A DNA stretch of 64,000 bases from the sequence record OR836606.1; one strand, written 5' to 3'. Made by a program: the position numbers and the translations under genes. How positions within the stretch are numbered: position 1 is the stretch's first letter; each line of letters opens with the position of its first letter. The notes under the pieces were generated by a model that was not told the DNA's origin, did no database searches, and saw only the letters and a program-made list of their open reading frames with translations. Below are positions 29,255 to 39,626 of this stretch, in pieces.

Positions 29255-30457
29255 TTAAATTCCTAAATCATCATCTTCTTGTTCTGATTCTTTACCCTTT
29301 TTAATAAAATCATCTAGTAAAGAACTAGCTTTACCTTCACTTTCACTGTTTACCTTATTTGATAAATCTTCTAAAGAACCTGATTCTTTGTTAACTTCAG
29401 CATCTTTAAACATGTTAGACTTATCAATTTGTCTATCATTTTGTTCTGGAGTCTCTTTACTTCCAAATGGTAAATCATCATCACTAATTTGATCCACTTG
29501 ACCAACATTAAATGGATTGTCATTTTTTTGTGTTTGTTGATTCTGTTGTTGCGGAGCTTGATTAAAATTTCCAAAAGGATTTCCTTGAGTTTGATTATTA
29601 GATTTTTGTTGGTTAAAGTTATTCTGTTGTTGCGGAGCTTGATTAAAATTTCCGTTATTGCTGCCAAAATTACCAAATTGATTATTGTTATTGAAACCTC
29701 CACCATTGTTATTATTAAAGTTATTATTACGTGGGGCATTACTTTGCGTTGATTTTTCATCCATATGATGATTACTCATATCCGTAGGTAAACCTTGAGC
29801 TCTTAATAGCCCTTTTAATAACTGATTATTTTCAATTTCTTTAGCTTGCATTTCTGCTTGTACACATTGATTTCTGAATGTTAGTGGATCATTAGTAATT
29901 CTAACTAATAAATTAATTAAACTGATAAATGTATTAGCAGATACAAAATCATATTTATTGGCATCATTTACCATAATATTAAATCCAATTTCAAAATTAT
30001 TAGTTCTATTATTTTGGATTACTGCAGGCGCAATAGCAATTTCTTTACCAGATACTAATTTTGGTGATTGCCAAATATGTTGTTGATAGTTTGGATTAAC
30101 TTGATTATTAGAGAAAATATTATTAAAATTCTCACTAATACTTTTATAAGTTGCTTTTAAGAAATTATTAAATTCTTGTAAATGTGGATAACTAATTAAT
30201 ACATCTTCACGAATAGGTGCTTGACCTTGTTGAAATTTGTTATAAGAAAAAGAAATATAATGATTACTATTATTTTCAATCTCACTTAAGAAAGGTACAT
30301 TGTTATATTGACTTGATTGATACGTATTAATATACTCGCTATGAATAGCACTACCAGTATTTTTATTTTTTCTAGTAAATAGTGTATAAATTGAAATTGA
30401 AAGGTTTCCGCCTCTGTGTAAATGATCTTTGAAATTTGTTAACATAATATCCAACAC
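29255..30457 (-). CDS. Possible ssDNA-binding protein with N/Q-rich disordered region
   Basis: N/Q/G/F-rich linker, SDDDLPF motif and acidic tail. Confidence 0.45.
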   Translation of the reverse strand: MLDIMLTNFKDHLHRGGNLSISIYTLFTRKNKNTGSAIHSEYINTYQSSQYNNVPFLSEIENNSNHYISFSYNKFQQGQAPIREDVLISYPHLQEFNNFLKATYKSISENFNNIFSNNQVNPNYQQHIWQSPKLVSGKEIAIAPAVIQNNRTNNFEIGFNIMVNDANKYDFVSANTFISLINLLVRITNDPLTFRNQCVQAEMQAKEIENNQLLKGLLRAQGLPTDMSNHHMDEKSTQSNAPRNNNFNNNNGGGFNNNNQFGNFGSNNGNFNQAPQQQNNFNQQKSNNQTQGNPFGNFNQAPQQQNQQTQKNDNPFNVGQVDQISDDDLPFGSKETPEQNDRQIDKSNMFKDAEVNKESGSLEDLSNKVNSESEGKASSLLDDFIKKGKESEQEDDDLGI

Positions 30458-30527
30458 TCTCCATTTAAATTATTTGTATAATAAATATTTCATTATTAAT
30501 ACATCGTTATAATATATATTTAAAAAT

Positions 30528-31127
30528 TTATTTTAATATTCCAGCATTTTTAATAAATGTTAATAGGAATGATGAAATTGATAAAGATGAATCCGTTAGT
30601 GATTCACTTGTCCCCATTAATTCTTCTGCATAAGAATAATCATCATCTCTTATAGCTGACATCCTAACTACTGACTTAATATCAATAGGCTGGAAGTCAA
30701 TGTATGAAGGTAATTCATACGTGTTATCTGATGAGCCTCCATAAACCAATTCTATCAACTGAGACCATAAAGTAATTTCATCAATCCAAAATACTAATTT
30801 ATCAGCATATTCAGATAATTCTTCAAAGTAATCTCTAATACGTTGTATTTGGATAACTGTATCATCTTTAATCATTCTAATATTATAATTATCTAAAGTC
30901 TGATCAATTTTAGTATACTCTGACAATTGACCATTTTCATAAGCTTCTTTAAGTATTTCATTTTTAAATACTTCTGATAAATCGATATCAGAAAATTCTA
31001 AATACATATCTTTAAATTTAGGATTATCTACCATAAATGTCATATTAATAAATTCTGTATTGGTCTTAGGCGTAGTAGTCACTGCAGAAACAATAATATT
31101 TAATGCAGGCAATTTTTCTTCAGACAT
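30528..31127 (-). CDS. Degenerate DEDD-type exonuclease-fold protein
   Basis: Spacing resembles small 3'-5' exoribonucleases (FWID..LWSQLIEL..LPSYI..PIDIKS), but the ExoI DxE is replaced by SAV. Confidence 0.35.
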   Translation of the reverse strand: MSEEKLPALNIIVSAVTTTPKTNTEFINMTFMVDNPKFKDMYLEFSDIDLSEVFKNEILKEAYENGQLSEYTKIDQTLDNYNIRMIKDDTVIQIQRIRDYFEELSEYADKLVFWIDEITLWSQLIELVYGGSSDNTYELPSYIDFQPIDIKSVVRMSAIRDDDYSYAEELMGTSESLTDSSLSISSFLLTFIKNAGILK

Positions 31128-31156
31128 TTAAAATTCACCCTTTCATAATTTTTATT

Positions 31157-31867
31157 TTATATGATCTCATTTTTAATGTAGAACTCAAAACCATATTCGT
31201 TTTTAAAGTACTGTGCAAATTCATTAATCTTATTGAATAAATATTTATCATTAGTGAATCTAAAATCATATTTATTAATATCTTTCTTATTTTCTTCTAA
31301 TAATTTTATATCACTATCATTATTCTCTATAATTAAATTATTCTTTTCAATACTTTTATTAAGTTCATCTATTTCTTCTTTTAATTTAAATGAATTAGGC
31401 ATTTTTAGCATATTTAGTAAGGCATTGGTAAAAATACCTAATTTAATTCTTTCATTAAGCTCATCATTTTTTTCAGCTATTTCATTATTAAATTTTTTAT
31501 TCTTATTTCTAAGTCTATTATTGACTTTATATTTAGTATCTAGTTTATTTTCTATCATGGATTTTTGAATGTCTATTTTTTCTTTCATTAAACTAATATT
31601 TTCTTTAAAGTTATGAAGAATGATAAATCCTTCATAAAGATCGAATTCAATAAATTTATCATCTAATAATAAATATATCCTATCTTTTTCATTTTTAACT
31701 TTAAATTCTGAATTAACACTGTTCATAATAGAATTTTTAAAATCAGTATGATTAATTTTAAATATCTCACTAGATAAAAATTCATTAATTTCTTTTCTAA
31801 AACTTATAAATAATTCATTGAGGTATTGATAATTATCAATAGCCTCTCCACGAGATATAATAGACAC
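31157..31867 (-). CDS. Hypothetical coiled-coil protein
   Basis: 236-aa ORF in an operon-like arrangement. Confidence 0.7.
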   Translation of the reverse strand: MSIISRGEAIDNYQYLNELFISFRKEINEFLSSEIFKINHTDFKNSIMNSVNSEFKVKNEKDRIYLLLDDKFIEFDLYEGFIILHNFKENISLMKEKIDIQKSMIENKLDTKYKVNNRLRNKNKKFNNEIAEKNDELNERIKLGIFTNALLNMLKMPNSFKLKEEIDELNKSIEKNNLIIENNDSDIKLLEENKKDINKYDFRFTNDKYLFNKINEFAQYFKNEYGFEFYIKNEII

Positions 31868-31888
31868 AATACCTCAACAACCCTTCTA

Positions 31889-33436
31889 TTACTTAATTTT
31901 AAAATCAGTTATATTTAAAGCTTTTTTCTTATATACATTTCTCAATCTATTACTTCCTTGAGAAACTAATTTCTTAAAACCATGGTCAATTAAATCAAAG
32001 AACATTAATTTTTCATTTTCAATATATCTCAGTCTACCCATAATTTGAGTTACTTTGCTTTCACTTGATAAAGGTACTGTATTAATTACTGCTTTTAAAT
32101 CAGGTATATCTATTCCAGTACCTAAAGATAAATCAGTAGTGATAATTAAATTAGATTCCAATACTTTATCTTTTTCTTCCTTATCAATACCGTCATAATA
32201 TCTAATACAGTTTAAGAATTCTAATCCTTCAGGTCCAAGTTTATCTTCTAAATATGAGTAAAAATCATCTATCATATTCTTCAATTTAAACATAACCACA
32301 GTCTTTTTAACTTCTTCTTTCATAATGACATTATTAATAATATTAAATACAATATCAAAATATTCTTTCCTTCTTCTATCTTCTTCAATTAAGTATTTAC
32401 TATAATGATTTACATTAAGGCCATTACGTTTAGAAGCTTTCATGAAATCAGCTAATTCAACTTCTTTAGGATTACTATTCCATCTGATAATAAATACATC
32501 ATGGTATTTAGATGGTATTTTTCTATTATTAGCTATTTGCCTATCATAATTATTAGAACTAAATATAGGTGTTTTTAAGAATATATTACTAAATACTATA
32601 TTTTCTGATTTATCAGATCTTCTAGGTGTAGCTGATAAGTATATTGATGGCAAATCTGTTTGTATATCAATATTGGTTAAACTGCGAAAATCCAAATGTG
32701 CTTCATCAAATATTTTAATACCTACTTTAGTTTTTAATAATAATTCTTGCAACCTTTCTTCGTCTTCTTGAATAAAAGAATTTAATGTTTTATACATTAC
32801 TATATAGAAATCTATTTTATTTCTTTCTTTAGATTTCATTTTAAATAACTTATTGATACTTGATCTCCCTTGAATCACATATATTTTTTCATCATCGATA
32901 TTAGTATATTCTTTTATTTTTTCTTCCCATTGCTCTTTAAGTTTATTATTATTAACGAAAATCATAGGCACTAATTCTCTATCAATGACTGATTTTAAAG
33001 CACAGAAAGTTTTACCTTCACCAGTTTGTAATGAAAGAAATTTTTGAGTTGATGGATCATATATACTAAATGAATTTAAAAATTCTATAGCTTTTCTTTG
33101 TAGAAGATCTCTAGGTTTAAAATTCATTTCAACATCATAATTTGGTTTAGGCTTAAAGAATAAATTTTCAACTGCTCTGAAATCTTGATAGTCAATTTCT
33201 CCATGATTTTTTAATGACTGTAATAATAATTTAGTATTAATGCCTGCTGGAAAAGATATAGTTTTATTTTCTTCATCATATTTGAAAGCTTTATAAGTAT
33301 GTTTATGATATATTTTATCCCATACTGATAAATAACTTTCTATTGCAGAACAAAATCCTAACTCGTAATTTTCAACTAATATACGAGTAGGATATACAGA
33401 TACTTTTATTTTTCTTGTTTCATTTAATACTACCAT
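31889..33436 (-). CDS. uvsW: SF2 DNA helicase, UvsW-like
   Basis: LQTGEGKT, FDEAH, SATP, QIMGRLR motifs. Confidence 0.85.
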   Translation of the reverse strand: MVVLNETRKIKVSVYPTRILVENYELGFCSAIESYLSVWDKIYHKHTYKAFKYDEENKTISFPAGINTKLLLQSLKNHGEIDYQDFRAVENLFFKPKPNYDVEMNFKPRDLLQRKAIEFLNSFSIYDPSTQKFLSLQTGEGKTFCALKSVIDRELVPMIFVNNNKLKEQWEEKIKEYTNIDDEKIYVIQGRSSINKLFKMKSKERNKIDFYIVMYKTLNSFIQEDEERLQELLLKTKVGIKIFDEAHLDFRSLTNIDIQTDLPSIYLSATPRRSDKSENIVFSNIFLKTPIFSSNNYDRQIANNRKIPSKYHDVFIIRWNSNPKEVELADFMKASKRNGLNVNHYSKYLIEEDRRRKEYFDIVFNIINNVIMKEEVKKTVVMFKLKNMIDDFYSYLEDKLGPEGLEFLNCIRYYDGIDKEEKDKVLESNLIITTDLSLGTGIDIPDLKAVINTVPLSSESKVTQIMGRLRYIENEKLMFFDLIDHGFKKLVSQGSNRLRNVYKKKALNITDFKIK

Positions 33437-33453
33437 AGTATCAGCTTCTTTCT

Positions 33454-33900
33454 TTATTGTTTAAGCTCAATAGTGGTAGGAAATACTTCTGCAATAGTTT
33501 TAAAGAAATCTAAACCGTCTTTTTTAAACATGCCGGATAAATCAAATGTAGCTTCAGGATTTTCTAAATCAGTGTATACGGGCACAGAACCCATTAAATC
33601 AAATACCATATAGAAACAACCTTTTTTAAATTGATCATCTTTTTCAGCTTTAATCAAAGTAATTTGCTTATCATCTTCAACAATCACGTTAAGCTTATAA
33701 ACATCATCTACAGTTACTCCATCTTTAGCATGTTTGAAAAATTCTTCAATATTATCATTAATAGTTTTATTTACCATATAAGTACCTGACTGATTATTAA
33801 AAAATGCGTCTCTAATTTCTTTAAGGTTTTTATCATTGCCGGTTAATTCAATTGTTTGTTCTTTATTACCTTCTAATTCTTTTAATTTAAAAATTTCCAT
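33454..33900 (-). CDS. Hypothetical protein
   Basis: 148-aa ORF with RBS. Confidence 0.7.
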   Translation of the reverse strand: MEIFKLKELEGNKEQTIELTGNDKNLKEIRDAFFNNQSGTYMVNKTINDNIEEFFKHAKDGVTVDDVYKLNVIVEDDKQITLIKAEKDDQFKKGCFYMVFDLMGSVPVYTDLENPEATFDLSGMFKKDGLDFFKTIAEVFPTTIELKQ

Positions 33901-33968
33901 ATTAAATTAAATTCTCCTTTTTTATTTTAAAAATTTATATCTAAGAGTTATTATAAAAAATTAATTTT

Positions 33969-34286
33969 TTAAGAATTGATACTTTCTACTATAATTTTAT
34001 TAAGTTCTTCAAATTCATAAATGTTTTCAATTGAAAAACTATGACTTGAAACAGGCATATTATCTTTAACTAATAAGAAAGAAAATACATATTTATTATC
34101 AATTTCTAAATCAGATAATCTATAAATGTCTCTCTCACCATTTTCGTTTATATTGTCAAATACGGTATAACAACTCTTTAATATAGCCTCTATCAATTTA
34201 TTATCTTTGTTAAACATATATTTCTCCAATAAACTTTCATTTAAAATATTATCTATTTCCATATTAAATCCTCCTAGAGTTATCAT
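33969..34286 (-). CDS. Hypothetical protein
   Basis: ORF with RBS GGAGG (start probably at MEIDN). Confidence 0.65.
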   Translation of the reverse strand: MITLGGFNMEIDNILNESLLEKYMFNKDNKLIEAILKSCYTVFDNINENGERDIYRLSDLEIDNKYVFSFLLVKDNMPVSSHSFSIENIYEFEELNKIIVESINS

Positions 34287-34335
34287 ATATAACCAAACTC
34301 CTAAATTAATAGAAGTTTGGTTGAATTATGTTGTT

Positions 34336-36249
34336 TTAAATATCAAAATCAAATAACGGATCAAACATTGAATCTCCATCTTTACTGAAGAAGTTATTAG
34401 TTTCATCAGTACTTAATTGAGCTTTAATCTTTTCAAATATTAATGATTGTACTGGTGAAGGTGAACTTAAAATAGCACTACCTACATTTTTTAATTCAAT
34501 ATTAGGTTCAAAGTTAGGGTCTTTATAATTGATTCTTTCTTCATAACCTCCATTTAAGAATACCATATTTCTAATAATAGTTTCTAAATGAACACTCATA
34601 ACATTTGTACCTGATTTAAGTAATAAATCTGTTACATCATTGAACATTGCCTGATAGTTTTTTTCTTCATAGTCATTTCTAATGTATTTAGTACTTTCTA
34701 ATATAGATCGTATTTTAAGAAGTGGGTCAGCGACACCTTCATTTTTAATTTTAATATTAAATAAGAAATTTTCTTTTAAGTCTTTCATACTGAATATGAA
34801 TGCATTTTCGTCTTCATCGTAAAAATTATCTATAGTTTCAATATTTTGGTCTGGTATTTTAAGAGTTACAGGAGATTTAACAGTATGAGTTTTATTACCT
34901 ACTTTAAATTTAAAGCTTTTAGCTTTATATCTTCCATATTCATAATCTTCATTAATAATCATTTCATCAATAATGACTTTAGTCTTTTCATTACGAGGAA
35001 CAATATTGTCTCCAGAAAATTCAAAATGTTCTTTAAAGATATCAGGCCAAGAGAAACCAGATAATTGTACTGCTTGCAAGTGTTTTGTTGAAAGTAATTT
35101 TTGAGTCATAGGCTCTGTTAATCTTAAAGTAGCCAAAATGCCTACAGATAAGTTTCTATTAATATCGTATAAACGTTTGCCGTAACAAGTTTGACATATT
35201 TTTCCTTCAGATTCGGCACATGTAATAGGGGAACGTAATGGAACAATTTGTCCTATTAAATGAGTGTCTTCTTTAGAATTAATTAATTTTAATTCTTGAT
35301 CCTTATCATCATAATAGAATCTATCATTAAATCTATCTAATTTATCTTGACTGTCCATATTAACATAAACAAAATGTTTACTTCCGCAATCTTCATTTTC
35401 TGATAATTTTAAATCTGATGTTAATAAAGTAATTTTACGGTTTAAGTAGCCTGATTCACGTACTTTATTCTTAGAGTTCATTAATGCGTTTAATGAAGAT
35501 TCTGCATCAATAGCAAATTGTGTTGTATCTTTTAAACCACGCATGAATGAGGTATCAATAATATCAGTTACAACATCGCCACGAATATCTGGTTTATATC
35601 CCACGAAACTTAAAACTTCATTTAATTGTATCTTATTAATACCTGTTCCTGAATGTAAGAAAGTTTTATAATCATTTTCTTTATCAGATTTAATACGTTC
35701 AATTAATTTATGCATATTAGGTTTTTGAACTTCATTAATAATTTGTTGATAGTTTAAGCTAGGATCAATGTCTTCTTTATTAAAGTTAATTAATTTTTCT
35801 ACTTCTTTATCTTCATTAGCTAATCTCATAATATCATATAATGAAATAGAAGGACCGTCTAGAGGTAAAATATATTCATTTGAAAATATAGTTAATTCAT
35901 CAATAATAAATGCAATAGATTGACTAACTTTTATTGGGTCATGTCCTTCATGAATAAAATTGACAACAACTTTGTCAAAATAATCATAATAATCATCAAT
36001 AACAGTTGGATTAACTAGGTATTCTTCTGTAAACTCTTTATTCATATCTCTAAAAGGTTTACCTAATACTAATAGAGTGAAATAATTACTTTTAGAAATA
36101 TTGTCTTCAAAATAGTCTTGCATTCTTCCTTGAGGATTACCAATAATATCTTTCTTTAAATCTTCTAAGATATTAAAGTAATTATCTGAATGTAAATAAT
36201 CATTGTACTTACCTAATTTTAAGTCTAAAACAATTTCTTCATTTGTCAT
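34336..36249 (-). CDS. rpoC: RNA polymerase beta-prime C-terminal subunit of the second (probably non-virion) RNAP; intron-free
   Basis: SFMRGL, KVRESGYLNRKI, DCGSKH, LRSPITC..ICQTCYG, TEPMTQKLLSTKH. Confidence 0.88.
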   Translation of the reverse strand: MTNEEIVLDLKLGKYNDYLHSDNYFNILEDLKKDIIGNPQGRMQDYFEDNISKSNYFTLLVLGKPFRDMNKEFTEEYLVNPTVIDDYYDYFDKVVVNFIHEGHDPIKVSQSIAFIIDELTIFSNEYILPLDGPSISLYDIMRLANEDKEVEKLINFNKEDIDPSLNYQQIINEVQKPNMHKLIERIKSDKENDYKTFLHSGTGINKIQLNEVLSFVGYKPDIRGDVVTDIIDTSFMRGLKDTTQFAIDAESSLNALMNSKNKVRESGYLNRKITLLTSDLKLSENEDCGSKHFVYVNMDSQDKLDRFNDRFYYDDKDQELKLINSKEDTHLIGQIVPLRSPITCAESEGKICQTCYGKRLYDINRNLSVGILATLRLTEPMTQKLLSTKHLQAVQLSGFSWPDIFKEHFEFSGDNIVPRNEKTKVIIDEMIINEDYEYGRYKAKSFKFKVGNKTHTVKSPVTLKIPDQNIETIDNFYDEDENAFIFSMKDLKENFLFNIKIKNEGVADPLLKIRSILESTKYIRNDYEEKNYQAMFNDVTDLLLKSGTNVMSVHLETIIRNMVFLNGGYEERINYKDPNFEPNIELKNVGSAILSSPSPVQSLIFEKIKAQLSTDETNNFFSKDGDSMFDPLFDFDI

Positions 36250-36349
36250 ACCTAATTCATTCTCCTTGTAAATAAATATTTTATACTACATTTATATAAT
36301 ATAAATTTGAATAACGAATTGTATTTAATCCGTTATTCAAATGTCAATA

Positions 36350-38800
36350 TTAGAAATCGTCCTCAAGATTATCTTCAGAATTGTCTGAAGAAGATAAATT
36401 ATCTTCATCGCTATTGCTATTTACCATTTCATTTCTTTTTTTATCTTTATTTATTTCATCTTTAATGTTATTAATAATATTTTCGTATCTATCATAATCT
36501 AAATTAGACATGAATTCTTGTTGAACTAATTCTTTACGAAATAGACGTTTTAGTTTTTCGTTATCATCTTCTTCTTCATCACCGGAAGCTTCTGAAGTAT
36601 ATAAAGGAACTAAAAAGTCTACCATTTGTGTAACAGCTCCAACTTCTTCATTAAGATTTCCTAAATTTAAGAATACTGGTGCTGGGAAGTATGCTTCAAT
36701 TTCTTGTAGTTTATTATTTAATTCCTCATTATATTTTTTATCTTTACTATTTACATTTTCTAAATAATAAAGCTTTCTTAGTACATCAGTATAGAATTTA
36801 CCAAAAGATTTTTGATAATTAACTACACGTCTGACAAAGTTATTATTTTGCATTGATAATGAGCGAGCATAATCAGTTTCATTTTCAGCATCAATATAGT
36901 TTAAAGGAACTCCTGTACCTGATATAACTGATTTTTTAAGCCATTCTAAAAATTCATCATTAATATCAACTTGAATACCAGAAATTGTATCTATTTCTAA
37001 AGGAGAAGTTCCTTCTTTATTTTGAGGGATGTACATATTCTCTAAGTTACCTACTTGATTAAATAATGTTTGAACTGAAGTTCCATCACCAAATAATCCT
37101 GTAGACATTTCGTTCTGTCTCACATTACGGATTATTTCTTCTACAGTTCCTTCATAATCATCATCTAAACCTGCATTAACTCTAAATACACGTCTATCTC
37201 TTGATTGATTTAATTTAACCATCATTGTAGTTATTAAAGTACTTAAATATAATTTAGCAAAGAATAATGATTTACTAAGTTTAGAGACTCCATAAGTTTT
37301 TTGACTATCTAATTTATGATGAAATACTTCATCCGCTTCTAAGAAAGTCATTTTAATACCATTTTCAATAATATAATTCTTACGGATTAATCTATATATA
37401 ATATCTTTAAATGAATCATTTTTATTAATAAAATCCATATTGATTTTTTGAGAAATACCTTTAACTATAACATCAACTAATCCTTGATATGCCATAACAG
37501 TGTTTCCATTTTCATAATATGAACCAGAGGTAGCATTCATTCCTGAATTAGGATTTTTAGAATTGCTAGACATGTTATTTCCTGCAACACCGCCAGTAAC
37601 AGGATCCAGATTAGTAATTCCCATGCCTCCTGAAAAAGATCCTGTTTGACCTTGTTTCTGATATCCGTCTCCCATTAAATTATTCATAGCGGACAATAAA
37701 GGATTACTACCTCCTCTTAAATCAGTTCCAGAATCAGGTTCAATATAAATATATCCAATGCACATACCATCAATTTCTAATTTAATCATATCTTCAGGTT
37801 CCACAGCTCTAAAATATATTGAGCCAGACTTTAATTTATTAGATTTATTTTTATTATTTGCTTTATTTAGAAATGTTTGTAAGTCATTAGATCCTTTGTA
37901 TTTACCTATATCCGAAAGTAATTCAGAAGAATTTTCAAAAAATATTACATTTTCATTAATGCTCTTTAATATTTCATTTTTAAAATTAGCTCTTTGTTCA
38001 TTTAATTGCTCTTCATCTTTAATGGGTTTCTCAAATTGATTATTAAATTCATTAATTATAATATCTAAATCAGATTCTTTAAGATTCTGATCGATAAATG
38101 ATTCATTAATTACTTTTTGATTCTCTTGTGTTTCTCTTCCTAATACATCATCATTTTCATTAAGAATTTCTTCAAAATCAGATTTAGTATCTTTAATAAT
38201 ATAGAATACGTCACCTAATAATAAACCTTCACGAATAGAAGTATAAGTTAAATCATCCAAATTATATTTCTTTACAATCCTATCTAATTCATTTAAAACT
38301 TCTTTATTTTCTGATTCATTTTTATTATTTGTGTCTCCATAACGATACATCAATGATAATTTAGAAGTATCGTCAGGTGCAATAATAGAAGTAGCGAATA
38401 CATCAATACTTGTTGATATTTCAGGTATAAATTTATCTATAATTCTGTAGTCATCATATCTAGAAACTCTAGCAATTTCAGATGAAAAGTCTTGATTTTC
38501 AATATTATTTTCTATGAAATCTTTAATGAAATCTTTTTTATCGTCACCCGTATTAGATTTTCTAAAATTTCTATTCTTACCGTTCACTTTAGATGCTAAA
38601 GATAAGATATCTCCATTACTATTACCATGATTACTTTTACGTCTTATCTTTTTTAATCTATCATCAAAATCAGGTATATTATCAGATAAATTCTTAGGAT
38701 TTTCTTCATCTCCTAATCCTCTGACCATATCCTTATTGATATTATTTATATTTCTCTGAGTTTTATTCTCATCAGCCAAATTTAAAACACTCCTTTTCAA
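36350..38800 (-). CDS. Portal protein (T4 gp20-like)
   Basis: YRIIDKFIPEISTSIDVFATSII, RDRRVFRVNAG, YIPQ, GTGVPLNYI. Confidence 0.75.
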   Translation of the reverse strand: MKRSVLNLADENKTQRNINNINKDMVRGLGDEENPKNLSDNIPDFDDRLKKIRRKSNHGNSNGDILSLASKVNGKNRNFRKSNTGDDKKDFIKDFIENNIENQDFSSEIARVSRYDDYRIIDKFIPEISTSIDVFATSIIAPDDTSKLSLMYRYGDTNNKNESENKEVLNELDRIVKKYNLDDLTYTSIREGLLLGDVFYIIKDTKSDFEEILNENDDVLGRETQENQKVINESFIDQNLKESDLDIIINEFNNQFEKPIKDEEQLNEQRANFKNEILKSINENVIFFENSSELLSDIGKYKGSNDLQTFLNKANNKNKSNKLKSGSIYFRAVEPEDMIKLEIDGMCIGYIYIEPDSGTDLRGGSNPLLSAMNNLMGDGYQKQGQTGSFSGGMGITNLDPVTGGVAGNNMSSNSKNPNSGMNATSGSYYENGNTVMAYQGLVDVIVKGISQKINMDFINKNDSFKDIIYRLIRKNYIIENGIKMTFLEADEVFHHKLDSQKTYGVSKLSKSLFFAKLYLSTLITTMMVKLNQSRDRRVFRVNAGLDDDYEGTVEEIIRNVRQNEMSTGLFGDGTSVQTLFNQVGNLENMYIPQNKEGTSPLEIDTISGIQVDINDEFLEWLKKSVISGTGVPLNYIDAENETDYARSLSMQNNNFVRRVVNYQKSFGKFYTDVLRKLYYLENVNSKDKKYNEELNNKLQEIEAYFPAPVFLNLGNLNEEVGAVTQMVDFLVPLYTSEASGDEEEDDNEKLKRLFRKELVQQEFMSNLDYDRYENIINNIKDEINKDKKRNEMVNSNSDEDNLSSSDNSEDNLEDDF

Positions 38801-38843
38801 TAAATTTTAGAATTTTCTCTTAATTTATAAGTATTTTTTCACA

Positions 38844-39626
38844 TTATATATTATAAATTAAAGTCTTCAGTTTTGCAACAAATTTATCCTGATAAATTGA
38901 AAATTTTAACATAATCAATTCACTATATACATCTGTTTCTGGGGCATAGATATCTATTTTAACTAAAGGACAAATTATTTTATCTTTAGACTTTTTATAT
39001 TTTAACCCTAATAAATACTTTTTAGAAGTTCTAAAATCAATAAGGTAGTCTTTTTCATTATAAATATAATAAGGGTCCTTAACAATAACTTTGTCTTTGG
39101 TAAATATAAATTTAAAGAACTCGGAAGGTTTCCTTTCTTTAATATCTAATAAACTATCATTATCTAATTTAAAATTTAGACTTGGTTTAAAAGAACTAAA
39201 ATAATTAATAGCTTCTAATGAATAATTTAATTCTTCATCTAATCTATCTTCATCAAATTCATCATTATTAATAATAGTTTCTAAATCAGATTCTCTAGTT
39301 ATTTTAATACCACTATTATCAATTTCATTAAAAAATTCAACTTTAATAATTTTATCCCCTTTATTCTTTCTTACTTCAATAAAATCTTCTACATTAAAAA
39401 TGCAATTTTCAACAGGTAAAAGATAATCATAAATTGGATTATCTTCTATAATTTCTACTTCGACTGCATTGGGATTGTCATCTGATTTAGAATAATTTTT
39501 TATAATGTTTTTATTTAAACTAATATACTTACTTCCATCAACAATATTATTGAATAACTTAGATATCTCTTCAAAAGTCATTACTAATTTATTTACTATT
39601 TTTGATTCTTCAATAATAATGGACAT
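38844..39626 (-). CDS. Hypothetical protein
   Basis: 260-aa ORF overlapping the stop of the polymerase N-part gene. Confidence 0.7.
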   Translation of the reverse strand: MSIIIEESKIVNKLVMTFEEISKLFNNIVDGSKYISLNKNIIKNYSKSDDNPNAVEVEIIEDNPIYDYLLPVENCIFNVEDFIEVRKNKGDKIIKVEFFNEIDNSGIKITRESDLETIINNDEFDEDRLDEELNYSLEAINYFSSFKPSLNFKLDNDSLLDIKERKPSEFFKFIFTKDKVIVKDPYYIYNEKDYLIDFRTSKKYLLGLKYKKSKDKIICPLVKIDIYAPETDVYSELIMLKFSIYQDKFVAKLKTLIYNI

